Assembly: GCF_018977255.1 (NCBI RefSeq)
Contig: NW_024704742.1
Span: 61,134,001-61,198,000, forward strand
Source of the DNA: Callorhinchus milii
Taxonomy: Eukaryota
Direction of reading: 5' to 3'
Length of the DNA stretch: 64,000 nt
The notes below the pieces were generated by a model. It made no database searches. It saw only the letters and a list, made by a program, of their open reading frames with translations, and was not told the DNA's origin. The position numbers were made by a program, and so were the translations under genes. Below are positions 11,591-25,658 of the stretch, piece after piece; position 1 is the stretch's first letter; each line of letters opens with the position of its first letter.

Positions 11591-13051
11591 ATGATCTCAA
11601 ATATGCTGTGACAGGTCAAAATAAAGTTTTAACTGAAAGAAATGGAGATACTTAAGAGACAAACTGAGAAAGAAATGTTCTGTTTTATATAGTGTTACTT
11701 TTATTTAAAATAAACAATGAGACTGATGGGTACGAAATGGGAAGTATAAAAGAGTAATAATCGGAGGTAAGGTGAAAAACTTGGGCTGAAAAACCTGGGA
11801 AAAAGGAAGAATTTGGGATGCTTTTTTTTTGAAAACTGGGAGAGAAGTAAAGTAGTTTTAAAAAAAATAGAAACAAAAGATTCTGTCTCTGATTGTAGAG
11901 TCATGGTTGTAGATACAAGTATGTATTGGCAATGGAAGCATTTCTTAAGCTTCATTCTTTCCTGTTCAACAAAAGCTTCATTTCACTTCTCTGTTTTATC
12001 TTTGAAAGAAAATGCTCAATTGATTTGCAACACACAAACCTACTATGCCATACTGCACACAAGTCTATTATGCAGATGAAATTATATTGTTTCAATAATT
12101 GAGGCATCCATTTGTTACTTTGGTAAGGGGGGTAGCATCAAGCTACCTTGTGTTGCTTTCTGATGAAGCAAGACCCAGGATCCTTTTTAATGCCATTGAG
12201 AAGATCACAAATAGAAGCACTGTGTTTACTTTTATCAAAAATTGTGGTTTTTAAATATTTGGATGATGGATGATGAAAGTTTTGATGTCGCTGTACTTCA
12301 AGCTAGGTCTGATTTGTATTCATTCAGTACGTAGACAGCAGTGGAGTTTGCAAGATGACTTTTGAATAACTATACAGCTCAGTAATCTCTTGCAACTGAT
12401 CACATTTTTACTTTTCTCTCTTCCTCCTTGTAAAACTCTACATTGGTGCATAGATCCAAAGAGCAAGGCAACACAATTGGAACCTCAGTCAATCAGGTGT
12501 TCTTAATCTGCAACCTTAGGCTGTGAGACTTTCACCTCCTTTTATGTATACAGACTCCCGATCTGAGTTAGGCCAGTGTCCTGTGAAGTGGCACTCATGT
12601 TATTTTCTGCAGTTGGCAATAACCATGTGGCAGCTTTGGGCCAAACTATTGTCTGGAGACATGGCGGTGGGGAAGAGGGTGATCATTCAATAATTGTTTG
12701 GTTTGGACCATAACTTTCAGTGAGGTGATATCACCTTGAGTTACGTTTCACATTTTGCAATTTTCACTCCCGTTTGTCTCTTGTCTATACAAATAGGATC
12801 ATGTCTCAAGACAGCATTCTGCTGTAGTCGCGATGTCCCTTAAATTTAGTGGAATCCAGTGAGGTCAACTTCAATGACATGTAATACTTTGAGATGCACA
12901 TATTTTATTAAAAATCCCAGTACTAACATTTCCATAGAGTAAGAGAAAATATCATAGTTGATACTATAAGTTCAAATCCTTAAGATCAGTATTTCTCAAA
13001 CACTCCAAGTTCCAGCTCATCTAGAACTCCTTGCCATATCTTCTCACTCTC

Positions 13052-13365
13052 GTGAAGTCCTGTAGCTCAGTGGTTAGAGCACTCGCTTTGCAAGTGAGAG
13101 ACCGGAGTTCAATTCCAGGCAGGGCGAAACCTTGGGCAAGTTTCCTTACTCCACACGCCTAATAATAATCCCTCCAAAAACAATAATAAATTGGTCATTT
13201 ACAATCTACGACTGTTTGTGGGACATTGCTGTGCGCAATTGGCTGCCGCGTTCGCCCACAAATATACAGTCAATTCACTTTACAGTATGTTCTGTGAAGC
13301 GTTTGGGACGTCCTCCTGACGTGAAAAGCGCTATATCAAATGCAAGGATTATTATTATTATTATT
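13052..13365 (+). mobile_element. Full-length young tRNA-Ala-derived SINE, inserted in an older L2 fragment (~12995-13610)
   Basis: A box TAGCTCAGTGG (13063-13073), anticodon arm CTCGC-TTTGCAA-GTGAG (TGC = Ala), B box GAGTTCAATTCC (13105-13116), L2-type hairpin tail and (ATT)n. Flanks read QLI*NS and ARLH*. Confidence 0.95.
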
Positions 13366-14401
13366 TGTCACCGCCATCCGTGCCCGGCTCCACTGATTCT
13401 GTTCACCAGTAGATCAAGTCAAGATCCCAATATTTTCTTGAATCCTTCCACATCTGAACCTACCTCTGCATTGCCTTCCAGCTCCACCTTCTTCAATCCA
13501 CAAACTCGGGCCTGATGCACACCCATTGGTATCAATATCCTTCCACCTTGTACCTTCTCTCCCAGTCATCAAAATCCTTCTAAAACCTCTTCAATTGTAC
13601 ATTTGCCTGCAAACTTGTTCCCCCAAAATAATTATCTATTTGTCTTGAATGAAACTGTTAAAAAGGGTAGAATTAATTTTTACCATAATGTTGGCATGCA
13701 GGAGTGTATGTGAGTGTTGACTGAATCTCTAATGTGCATTATGGGTAAAATATTGTCTTTTTTTAATTGATTTTATGATGCAATTTAAGTTTAAAAACCT
13801 TACATTTCTGTGCTTCTGTGGAGGAAGTGATTATGTTGAAAGATATGCTGGTCAGCATTTTTTTTATATATCCGTTGGGCAGCATTGACTACAAAGTGTT
13901 TTTTGTGCAGTTGTTTTAAAGATTGTGCTTCCAGCAAAAGCAGCAGGATGAAACCTTGGAGCACTTGATGTGCAGGGTTGCTATAGTTACAACCTAAATT
14001 TGCTTCAAGATCAAAGCATTATCTCATCATGTCTCTTGCCTACAGCCAAACACTGAGATTTGCTGCTCGGGCTAAAGGCACCACAATTCATTATTTCTTT
14101 TTCAACAATTTTAATCCACTGTACTTTTATAAAAAAAACACATTTTGGCTGCTGGTCAGCTGTAATGGATATGAATGTCCTGCTGTAAAACCATTAATTC
14201 AGTCTTTACGTTGCACAGCTCTCATATCCTAGTTGAATGTTGTGATACCAATATGTAAAGACCCAAGAACCAGAAGAGAAGATCTCTTACCTGGGCAGTC
14301 TTTTCATTTTATATTCCCATTGCACATCAATTATTGCCCACAGTATGTCCTGTGAAGCACTTTAAGATATCCTCCTGACACGAAAGGCACTTTATAATGA
14401 T

Positions 14402-14749
14402 ATAATAATCCTTGCATTTGGTATCATGTCCTTGAGATACCTCAAAACACTTCAAAGGATATACTGTAAAATGAATGGACAAAACGCGGCAGCCAATTGC
14501 ATGCAGTAGTGTCCCACAAACAGTCATGGATTGAGTGTCCAAATTTTTTATTTTTGTGGGGGAAGGGATTATTACCCCCGGAAAAGCAATCCACCAATCA
14601 ATCAACAACCGGGCTCTTACTTACTGCTCGGTAAGCAGAGGCATGTGGAGTAATGAAAATTGCCTCAGGTTTTGCCCTGCCCGGGAATCAAATCCAGGTC
14701 CTCTCACTTGCAAGGCAAGTGCTCTCACCACTGAGCTACAGAACTCCAC
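14402..14749 (-). mobile_element. tRNA-Ala SINE, long (older) variant with ~60-bp extra internal segment
   Basis: Same head and tail as 13052 plus GCCTCTGCTTACCGAGCAGTAAGTAAGAGCCCGGTTGTTG...GCTTTTCCGGGGG (read on -). Confidence 0.88.
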
Positions 14750-15089
14750 TACATAGCACCTGATTCCAACCCCCAGCTCAGATGCAATCCCTTAACTGTC
14801 CAGCATCTTGGGACGTCCTTCTGAAGTGAAAGACACTAAATCAATGTAATTTATTGTTGATGTATGTAAATATTATTATTTTGGAGTTGGGGGTTGGGGT
14901 GACATTTTTTTCAAAGTTACTTGAAAACAGGATCTGTACGGTAACCTGTTTATTTGTAATGTACTCTGATATTTTAGAAAACCATAATTTCTATAAGATG
15001 CATGTTCTTAATAGTGGAAAAAGATTTTCTGACACGCTTGCTCTTTCAAAATAATAATAATTCTTGCATTTAATACATAGTAATATATC

Positions 15090-15256
15090 CCTCCCTTCCC
15101 ATTTTCAGGTCTCTGCTGAAGACCTTTCTTTTTGACCACGCCTTTGGTCACCTTCCTCCCCCTCCCCCTGGCTCGGCCCCGGGATCCGTTACTGTAAAAC
15201 GCTCTGAGACGCCGTCCAGCGTGGAGGGCACTATGTAAATCCAAGTTGTGGTTGTT
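15090..15256 (+). mobile_element. L2 family B 3' end
   Basis: Reverse-complement match to 47807-47965 (CTGAAGACCTTTCTTTTTGACCACGCCTTTGGTCACC...GAGACGCCGTCCAGCGTGGAGGGCAC...GTTGTGGTTGTT). Confidence 0.85.
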
Positions 15257-15264
15257 ACAGTACC

Positions 15265-15560
15265 TTATATTATCGAAATGACTGAAAGCACTTGACAGGA
15301 TTTATTATGAAGTATATCTAAAGTAATTGTAGGCAACTGCGGCATCCAATTTGTGCACAGCAATGTCCCACAAACAGCAACAAAGTGAGTGAACAATTTT
15401 ATCAGGGTGGGGGGAGGACACCGGGAGACACTCCATCCTCTTTCCGATAGTGCCGTGGGACATTTAAAGTCCACTTAGACCAGTCAAATGGGACTTCATC
15501 CAATGGTTGACACCTCTGACGTTGCAGCAGTCCCCTCGCATTGCACAATGAGCTCAAACC
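15265..15560 (-). mobile_element. Deu-domain SINE (SacSINE1/AmnSINE1-like), partial
   Basis: On -: GAGGGGACTGCTGCAACGTCAGAGGTGTC...GATGAAGTCCC...GTGGACTTTAAATGTCCCACGGCACTAT, typical of the Deu-domain core. Confidence 0.7.
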
Positions 15561-16302
15561 AATATTCTTTGGCTGTCAATATACTTGCATGCTTGCTGTT
15601 CTTTATTTGCAGTTTTCTGTATAGAGGATAGCTTGTGTAATAAGCTGCTTTTTTATAACTGTCAGATATGAGGCAAATGAAGATATATATACTTGTATGC
15701 ATTATGTGAATGTGTAGGAGGTTTTGCAAAGGGTCTGTATCTGAGTTACTGCCAACTGCATTATGCCACCCACGTCCGTACGAGCTGTAGAAGCCACTCA
15801 AGGCTGTTCACGAATAACGACATAAAATCAAAGAAATGTTCTCACATCATATTATGTTGTTGCCTAAATCTGAAAGAAAACACAAATTTTGCTTTTTAAA
15901 AACAAATATTTTTTGTGAAACCTTTCTTGCATGTTGATTAATTATGATGCCATAGAGATAGCACAGAATTGCTGGCTTCATTTGACTTGTGTAAAGGACT
16001 CATCACGAGCTGTTTTTATGCTCAGCAAATAAACTCAGCTAACTGTCTTGCTATTGATTGATATTTCATGGTTTCCTTTAAGATGTCTTTAATGCTTTCA
16101 ATACAATTCCTTTCTGATGCTTGCCTTGAATAATGAAGTTGAGTGAACTGTTCCCATTTGGCGTGATGTTGTACACTTTTATGCAGCGGCATTCGTATCT
16201 CATCTATTATGTAATTAAATGTTTCCTCTTTTATGTCACGTTTGGCATGTCAGCTAGAGTGAGGAAATTTGTATCTGAAGCTGAGTGAGGCCATCATTTC
16301 AA

Positions 16303-16470
16303 GGTGGGAGGGTGTGTGGGTGAGGAGAAGGGAAGTGGAGAGGGAGCTGGGAGTGTGTCTTGTGGGGGGAGTGTGTGTGATGGGGAAAAGGAGCTGGAAG
16401 TGTACTTGTTGGGAGGGGAGGGGTGCGGAGGAGCTGGGAGAGTGTGTGTTGGAGGGGTGAAGAGTGGGGA
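16303..16470. repeat. G-rich degenerate tandem repeat / low complexity
   Basis: Three GGAGCTGG(G/A)AG(T/A)GT.. units separated by G runs. Confidence 0.6.
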
Positions 16471-17654
16471 GTCGTACGAAAAGATCAAAATGTTGTAACT
16501 ACCTTAAAGGGCCTCAATCAAATATGAATGTTGTCTGGGATTTTGTGCTTTTGGGGTAAAGAAAACCTTTGTATTATTCACTGTAAAGTATGTAACCATG
16601 TAAAGCCTAAGACGTCACCTTTCTCTTTCCCCTCACCAGTTCAGGCTCCCAGTCATCTTTATGAAACATGTTGTGATGACCTTCTAATGTGAAAGTTTCT
16701 ATATACATTTGAATTGTTGTTGTTAGACATAATATAATTTAGGGAACATCCTGCAGATTTCCATCATGATTCACCCTGACAGAAATGCTCTTCAGCATCA
16801 CGGTTCTCGGTTTAAAATGGCTCTCTTTACATTATTGTAATTTAGTGTATTACTCGAGACAAATGTAGCTTACATCTGGAACTCCGTATCCTTTCCAACT
16901 AATTACCTCAAGCAGGAAAATATAAATGGGAAAACCTGAGGTATCTTTGAAATGGGAACAGGCCACTTTGTTGATAACAATATAAAAATGTAGAAAATGA
17001 TAGTTGAATAAGATAATGCACAGATTGGAGTGTGGTGGTAGTCCAGTGAATTGAGAAAATCAGAAATGGTTGTGAATCTGATTGCAGTTCTTGAGGGGTT
17101 CTCTGTTATCTGAGCTTTGTGACTTAATGTATTTCAATTGCATTTCAGTCCATTCTAATTATTAGAACTGGTCTATCAGGGTTGTTTTTTTCTAACTTGT
17201 TTCACATCACAGACCTCTGTGCACAAACCACATAATTTGAGCTGGAGTGGCATTTCACCCATTTGAATCATCTTTGTTAATTGTCCCAATGTACAAGGTA
17301 CCTCTGGCTTGTGCTGTGCCTGATCTGGGTGTGCTTGCTTCCGACTTTAGATGCCCAAAGTGTTTGGTTCACATGACTGACATCATTCATCCTGTTGCTC
17401 CCCCCTCCTCCTCCTCCTCTCCTGGGGGAAACACAAATGCCTGCTTATTTTCATTGCTAGCAGCTGGTGTGCCTCCCTCATGATTTGTTATTCGAATATG
17501 CGAATATGTGTTGTCAATCAAAATGTTATTTCATTTGGTTTGGAATAGCTGACGTGAAGGAGCACATAGCTGTTTGTAAAAATTATTTTTATTGCATTGT
17601 TCAGAGGTTCTGTGCTGCTGAGGAGGTATGGGTTTAAAATAAGTGCAGTATAAT

Positions 17655-18275
17655 ACCCATATGAAACCCACCACCTGTTCTCTCGATCCCATCTCTAACC
17701 CTCTCCTTATCTCCCAGTTCCACCTCCTTGCCCCCTTACTCACAGATAACATAAACCTCTACTTGGCCACTGGAACTGTTTCAACCCCATTAAAAACAGC
17801 CATCATCACTCCTATCAAAATACCTTCCCTGGACCCATCCCTGCTCTCAAGTTACCAGCCCATCTCCAGCCCCCCATTCCTTTCCAAGGTCCTGGAACGA
17901 GTCGTTGCTTCGCTTCTTCCTCTCCCACCACTCCCTATATTAACCCCTCCAATCAGGTTTCCATGCCACCCACAGCACAGAAACAGCCTTGATCAAAGTG
18001 ACAAATGACATTCTGTCCATCTGTGACCAGGACTCCCTCTGCCTCCTCGTCCTCCTTGACCTCTGCTGCCTTTGATACCATTGTTCTCCACCATCTCTCC
18101 TCTCACCTTAACCTTCATGGTTCTGAACTTGAATGGTTCAGATCCTATCTCTCACACTGTCTGCACTTTGGCTCCAAAAATGGCTTCTCCTCCGCGCCCC
18201 TGCACAGTCTGTGCGGCGTTCCTGAGAGCTCTGTCCTTGGTTCCCTCCTCTTCAATATCTATATGCTCCCTTATT
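17655..18275 (+). mobile_element. L2 LINE RT N-terminal fragment (frameshifted)
   Basis: MKPTTCSLDPI...KTAIITPI...YQPISSPPFLSKVLERVV; HSTETALIKV; DLSAAFDT; GVPESSVLGSLLFNIYMLP. Confidence 0.9.
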
Positions 18276-18640
18276 CTGCGTGAAGGGTGCTTGGGGGACA
18301 AGTTGTTGTTGTTATTCTCCTTGAAAATGGGAGGAAAGGAAAACTAAAGAGGGTATCCTCAGGGCTCACCTAGCTCCACAGGAAGTACTGTAGACTGTGA
18401 GGCTCAGGAACCAATCTACCTGTCACAACCTCTAGTTAATGCTGGAGAAGCATCAGAAAGCTTGCCAGCCAGTAATAAATAATCCTTATGTTTAATTTCT
18501 CTTAATGAAAGAACATTTGTTTTAGTTTCTTACATTTAAGCTTGTTGCCATTGCTCAGTTTTGTTCTGACAAATTGAGCACAATCTACTATCTTGTCTAC
18601 TCGTTAGTATTTAATTCCATTGGTTATATGTTTCAATAAG

Positions 18641-18892
18641 ATAATCCTTGCATTTGATATAGTACCTTATCACTTCATTGCGAAATCTTAAAGCTCTTCA
18701 CAGAATATACTGTAAAGTGAATTGACTGAAGCCAATTGCGCACAGCAGTGTCCCACAAACAGTTGTGGATTGAGTGACCAAATTATGATCATTTTTTGAA
18801 GGGATTATTACCCTTGGGAAGCGATCCTCCAATTTGACTAACAACTGGATTTCTACTTACTGCTGAGTAAACAGAGGCATGTGGAGTAAGGA
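18641..18892 (-). mobile_element. tRNA-Ala SINE long variant, head missing
   Basis: CTACTTACTGCTGAGTAAACAGAGGCATGTGGAGTAAGG plus core and tail. Confidence 0.85.
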
Positions 18893-19949
18893 GACCAGCC
18901 TAAACCTGCGTGAATTCTGCACTATTCATGGTTATCTGGGAACACGAGTAAGAGTGTCAGAACATTGCTGAGTGACCTGAAATTCCACCAATATGTTGCA
19001 TGCCAAAACATGCATTGGTTTTCTTTAAAAGAACTGGCATCCAAATTAAAGCTGAATTCAAATATTTTCTACAATTCTGCACATTTTTAAATTTTTAAGA
19101 CAAAATGCTGGGGGCAGGCAAGATGAAACAGGATTTTTAGTCCCCCTCGAAGGTCTAAAACAAGGTTTTTCGCAAGTCAGAGCATTAGTTTGCACTTGTG
19201 ATACCCGATGGCAAGGTGTCAAGGGATGAGCCAAATCAAAATCTACATAGATCCATATGTTAATCCCTGAAGACATCATTTGAAAGGCCCTTTGGTACAA
19301 AGCAATTGTGATAAAAGCAAGCAGTGAAAAGCGAGCAAAATTTTCCATAAGTACCAGTTTGCCCACAAAATACACAGTCAATTCACTTTACAGTATAGTC
19401 TGTGAGGCGCTATCAGATGACTCAACAATGTGATAAGGCTCTATATCAAATGATAGGGTTATTATTATTATTAGTGAAAATAGGATAGGCAGATGTAAAG
19501 CCTCCCTGGTCATTGAAATTAACCAAGGTCTTGTTCTGGATGTTTTTGGAGGGGAGAAAGACCTTCATACGAATCATTTTAAAACATAACCAGCAGGGTT
19601 ATTTGACCGTTTGACTGAATAAATCGATATTATTAGTACAACGTTAATGGAGAGAGCAGTCAAATATGAGCCAGAAGCATTGAACCGAACCCAGTCCCTC
19701 TCCCCACTTACCATTATCTGACACACCCAGTCTTGTCCAGCTGGGAACGAGACCCCCCGGCTGTCTATGGGCCAAATGTTTTTCTTTTCAGTCCTCACCC
19801 CACAAAACAGAATGTCAGTGTTGATTTACAACAGAAGATTGCCTCCTAAGGCCAGTAATAAGGTGCTAGCCCTATGACAACTGATCATAAAATGGGCATC
19901 AGGCTGGAATGGAAATTATGAGTCAAATCAGTAATCTGCAAATTCCTGA

Positions 19950-20292
19950 TTAGAGCACTCACCATGCAAGCGAGAGGACCTGACTCCACACGCCTGTTTA
20001 CCTTAGCAGTAAGTAGGAACTCGGCTGTTAGTCAATTAGCGGATCGCTTTTCTGGGGGTAATAATTCCTTCAAAAAAAATAATAATTTGGGCACTCAATC
20101 CACGACTATTTGTGGGACACTGCTGTGTGCAATTGGCTGCCTCATTTTGCCCACAACTGTCAACTAATTTTACAGTATATTCTGTGATTTTACTATTAAA
20201 TTTGCCTAAAGTTTCACCCTGCCCAGGAATCGAACCTGGGTCAATTTGTTTGCGAGGCAAGTGCTCTAACCAATATTCTACAGCACTCCACA
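19950..20292. mobile_element. Long-variant SINE (+, 19950-20186, head internally deleted) abutting an isolated SINE head (-, 20200-20292)
   Basis: TTAGAGCACTCACCATGCAAGCGAGAGGACCTG|ACTCCACACGCCTGTTTACC...; then GTTTCACCCTGCCCAGGAATCGAACCTGGGTC...GTGCTCTAACC. Confidence 0.8.
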
Positions 20293-21939
20293 ATTAGAGG
20301 GATTGGTCAATAAAGGGATTGAACAGTAATAATGCATAGAATTTGAAATTTCATGGATAGAAAATTTTGCAACAATTTTAAAATTAAGTGCTGAGAAATT
20401 AGTAATCCAGTTTATAAATCTGCCGTAGTCTAATGATAAAAATATCCTGCAGGGACACTGTTCCACAGATTACTTGATGGGGAAAAGTTGACGCATTTTA
20501 AAGTGGTTTTAAATTTTTTATGACCAACTCCCCTAAGAAGCAGGTTGAATGAATTTGCTTCACATTACACTGCTCTTGGTATGCTAATTTCAACAACAGA
20601 TGTGTCTTTATGGATCCCCCATAATTTCTTTGACTTTAAATAATTTAAAAAGAGATGTGCATAATTGCTTGCTTTTATCCCATGTGTTGGGCTGATAAAG
20701 AAATACCTGTGAAATACTGCACGGTTTGAGACTGGCGATTTCTGCCATGAATTTTGGTAATTATGAATATAGCGGCACCATTTCTTTGTACCCCACTTTA
20801 AGCTACACTAATTACAAGTGGATCTATTCCGAACCAATATTTGGACACAATCAGTTGAAGTCCATTGCATTTCCTTTGTGTGTGTTCTGACACTGTTAAC
20901 ATGAGCTGAATGTTATTATCCAAGCCTGTGGGGTCATACAGCTCTGTAGAATGTTAATAATTGCAAATCCAGGGTAATAGTTTTTTTGTAAAGTAAATGC
21001 AATGACTCTTCTGTGAACTCCATGCACTGACTCACCATTTGCTCTTGTATATGGAGAAAACAATTTATGCACATCTATTTTTCAAATGATTTAAAGTCAG
21101 AGAGGTATAAGGAATCTACAAAATACATTTATAGTAGCAAAAACAATCCTACTAGTGTAAAAATCTGACCACCACCTCCCCACCCACCCCATAGATTCAA
21201 TGTAAAAACTGACAGTACACTGTGCTTTGTCCAACAAAAGACTTCTGAACACTAAGTGCAGTAAACTGGCAAAGTAAAGTTATAATGGTTGTCATCTAAA
21301 AGAGACCTTCTCAAATAGTTAATATTCTTGGGCAAATGGAGTGGCTGAAAAAGAAAATAGTTTCTTAAAAAATGAAAGACACATAAAGATGACAAATTCC
21401 ACATTATATATGTAGCTAGAGACACACATATATGAAATGTATCCAAAAGCCAAGCAGACACTAGGAAGATGGATCCCACAAGCATTGAAGTGACCTCTTC
21501 TCGGCAATCTATTGTCATGGAATACAAAGGTTGCTGCTCCACTCAGAGAAAGTCACATTTACTTATTACCATTTCAATCGTATAAATCTCTACGCCTCAA
21601 GACAAATACTCAATAAAGATGCAAGGTAATAGATACATGGCAGGGAGTTACAGAAGTGCAATTTAAAATCAAGCATATCTGATGACATCATGAACTGTAA
21701 GAGCAAAGATATAGTTTACGATTTAGCAGAAAGACTGATTGAATTAGTCCATAAAAGACATGAAAGCTATTTGTTGCACCCAGGGGCAGGTGGTCAACAT
21801 GGAGATATCAGCTAAAATCATGCAGATGTAGCCAGACAATTTATTCTTGTGAGTATGGATGATTTTTACAATTTGCAGAAATCAGGCCAACTTATAGCCT
21901 ACAACTCAGCCAAAATACAATACAAAATTAAATTTTATG

Positions 21940-22365
21940 AGGGATGAGGCAATGGCGGAGCCGGGCGATGTTGCAGAGGTGGGGAAAAGCAGAGCGGGTA
22001 TGCATGGATGTGGGGTAGAAAGGATAGTTGAGGGTCCAACAAGACGCCAAGATTCCTAGTGTCTGCTTGGCTTTTGGGTACATTTCATATATGTGTGTCT
22101 CAGTGAGGTGGAATTTTCATCCTTGGATGATAATGATGCCAGTGCCTGAGGTGTGGAGGAGCTGACGGAATCCAATGAGGACAACCATTTTGATGTTCAA
22201 CTGTAGAAAGTTGGCTCTCATCCAGGACGATGTCTGACAGACATTCTGTCAGGACAGCAGTTGTCCTGGAGTTGAGGGTGGAGGCAGAGAGATAGAGTTG
22301 GGTGTCATCTACATACATGTGGAAATTGACCCCATGTCTGCAGATGATGTCACCAAGAGGGAGCC
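21940..22365 (-). mobile_element. L2 LINE RT fragment with catalytic motif
   Basis: LPLGDIICRHGVNFHMYVDDTQLYLS in ORF 22100..22375(-); RNLGVLLDP further on. Confidence 0.9.
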
Positions 22366-25224
22366 AATTGGTCATTCAACACTGACGAGTGTAAATTTGA
22401 GCCCTCGCTAGGTGGGCGCCAGAGACCAGGAACGCCTTGTGAGCCTTTTGATAGCAGCACAGCTCAGCACGTCATATGTGACAGCATTACCACTATCCTC
22501 CTCTGACGTGCCTTGGCAATGAGATGCTTCTGTCATGAAGCCACCTCTGCATTGTTGTTAAAATTGTCCTCAAATCCAGTCACAACAATAATTTTTAGTG
22601 TCCTGCTTGCTTCTTAAATAGTGAGAGGCCTTTAACAAGAATTTACTGTTTAAAATGTTTAACTGATTACTTGTGCATTAATGATGATCGGTCAAAGATT
22701 TTCCAATTTTATTTTAGATGATTGAAATTTCATTTTCTTAATTTAGCTCAAGTCCTGAATAAGTTAGTGCGTCTCATACAGTCCGTCTCTGCCTGTCTGG
22801 AGCACTTAATCTTATTAGAATGCAGGTCAATTTCAGCTCCCCATCAGGCTGCAATTGAGATGAAAAGCAGCCTCTCTTCGATTCGTGTGGTGGGTTGATT
22901 GTCAGCTCTTAAAATCATTTTAACTTTTGAGGGCAAAACAAAACTGTCACATTTGTAAATAGGATAGAGATGACCCAATCGTAATATTTTACTAAACCCT
23001 TTTGCCTTATTAAAGCAAGTAAGTAAGCATTTAGTTGCATCTCATACTTCACATTCAAATCTTTTGAACGTTGAGGGTTTTATTGATGGGGTTGCTAATA
23101 TTGGTGATGGCAGTAGGATGTGGGGGGATGGGGAGGCTTGTGAAGATAACTCTTGGGGAGGAGGAGAATTGGAGCTTGTTTTTGCTGTGGGATGAAATTA
23201 TCTTTGGGGTGGAGGCCATCAGAGATTTCTTCAATTATCATCTTTGTCAACTATTCTTTTGAGCAGCTCAGTTTGGAGAAGGGGGAGAATCTCTGCACAC
23301 TTTGGCATGCAGAGACCTAGCCAATTCCAACCGTAATTAGCAAATACTGTGCTGTATATATTTTTTGCATTAATAGAAAATGAAGAATTGAGAGGAAATG
23401 AATAATGGAAGCATTTTGAACCTTAATGGCATGTGGTGGGGTCAAATGTGAGCAGGGGGAGAGTGAGGGGATTTGGGTGGGGGTAGACGGGGGTGAGGTG
23501 TGGGAGGAGATGAGGAGGAGTCTCAAACATATGTTTATGGTGAGTGACTTGCCAATGCGTTTTTGAGATAGCAGAGGAGGTCTGTGCGTCTGACTGATTC
23601 CTGTTGTGGGCATTGTTTTCAACAACAAAATAATCCACCTTAAATAAGACTGAAATGGTTGAAATCACCTGCCACTGAATCAGTATTTGAAAGAAGAAAG
23701 AATAGACTGACCTTTTTGGGGTTTGATACTTCCATCAAAGTCTCACTGTCCTGCTGTGGATTTTGTTTTTAATTTTCAGCATTTGCAGTTATTCTGACTG
23801 AGCATCTTCGCTATAATTAAGACACAAGGTAAATTCACGCACATCATCCATTCAGACTCATCATGGGCACTCTAAACAGCATGTTAAATGGTGTTTCAGC
23901 ACACTATTTTCATATTTTTCCTACAAAAACATACATGGTTACACACTTTACAGCAAATAAGTGTTAAGCACCGTGAGACATCCTAACATGAAAGGTGTTT
24001 TGTCAATATACATTATCTATATATTCCAATCCTGCATCTCAATGCAGGAGGTTGTCACAAAGCTCTTTGCAGGATTCACAGACCATTTGTGAGCAACAAT
24101 GTCCCACAATCAGCCATAAAGTGCCAGCAAGCAATCATTATATAGCATTTAAAAATGCAGCAGTTTCTAAGAAATGCAATACCCTTGCTGTAGAGTAATT
24201 AGGTCATTTCTGATATGGTCAAAAAAAAATTCTTCCATCTGGTTTTGCTCATTAAATATTGAGCAGCCAGACTCGGATAGAAGCTGAAGTGTCGGTGGTT
24301 ATTTTATTTTAAAAGCTGGACTGCTGTGAACTGGGTACGTACCATCTGTGTTTTCCACACACTCAGTATATCGCCTACTGTTGCTACCATCTTCCCTCTC
24401 TGCAAGAGAGGCCAGTTAATCTTAAAATCATCCAGCAATCATACTTATTTTTTTCCATCATGGAGTCACCCTGGAAATAGTGTGTTTTTTTACAAAAAAA
24501 ACAATTTAAACCATCACGCATGATAAGACTTCCTGATGTAATTTGCAAAGATTTCTTCATATAAAACAACGGATGGGATCATTGGAAGTGCACATCTATC
24601 AAGTCCATCTATTTTTGACTGGACAATTAGAGTGTAGTCATAATAATGAACCCAGGGTCAATGTTGAGGCTGCACTGTCCATATTAGCTGAAGCACTCAA
24701 AGCACCATTAGTCTGTTGATTCCAGAGAAGTTAATTTATTACAGCAGATTCTCTAAATGTTGTGGTGAACATAATCCTAATTAAAAGGTTGGCCAATTTG
24801 CAATGGTTGTGAAAGTGTCATGTGTTTTCACCACAGATAGGCAGGAAAAGACATGGTTACACAGCGTATTAAGTGTTTCAAATATAAAAAATAACTAAAC
24901 AACACTTGAATTTGCTAATTATTTGAACCGTTGCTAACAATAACTTTGTACATGGATTATTCTACCAATATTTACAACTTTCACTTAGGTCAAGCATTTC
25001 ACATAGGTTAGGTAAACCAAGTTAGGTGGGAGATGCGAGGGGAGGTGACCAACAGAGCAGTAGAAGATGTTTTTTAAAGTAGGATTTGAAAGCAGAGAGT
25101 GAAGTGGTAAAGTGGACAGATTTATGTTAGCGAGTTCCAGAAAGTGGGTTCATGGTGACTGAGGGCTCAGACACCAATGATGTCTGACGAGCAGATTTTT
25201 AAGACTGCAGTGGTCCTGGAGTCT

Positions 25225-25440
25225 GGAGTGAGACAGAGAGATAGAATTGGGAAATTTCAGGACAATTACCAGAAAATATTTCTTTACCCAGACGATAATT
25301 AATTATTACAAAAGCTTACCAGGAAGGATTGGACTGGATATCAAATAAAAAGCTTGATGCTGTGATGGGAAGATGCTAGGTTTGGTATTCTGGAAGGATG
25401 AGATCAAATGGACTGAAGGGACTTATGAATCTGAAACTCT
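25225..25440 (+). mobile_element. CR1 3' end, decayed
   Basis: GKFQDNYRKYFFTQ-like segment similar to 10872-11084, plus tail GATCAAATGGACTGAAGGG. Confidence 0.6.
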
Positions 25441-25658
25441 CGTGCTTAATGTATTAGTAATTGAATAACTGAAAAGGTAATTACTGAGCTAATATTTTAA
25501 TAACTAATAGTTTTCTATGAGGTCTGGTACAATATATACAGCGTTTAGTGGAGGGAAAATTAGAGTTTCAGGTGAAGAGTAATCTTGTTAAAGCTGAACC
25601 TTTCTACAATTATCCTCCTGTCTAAAGTACTTTTCTAAAATGCCTGACAAAGAGATGT

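Noticed and set aside
13056..13127. tRNA-Ala(TGC)-like sequence
   Set aside because: It is the head of a multi-copy SINE, continuing into SINE body and tail; not called as a tRNA gene.
11084..13515. Recurring peptide MGKFPYS..LIIIPPK..INWSF in several ORFs (also 53486, 61016), resembling a gene family
   Set aside because: Produced by translating copies of the same SINE.
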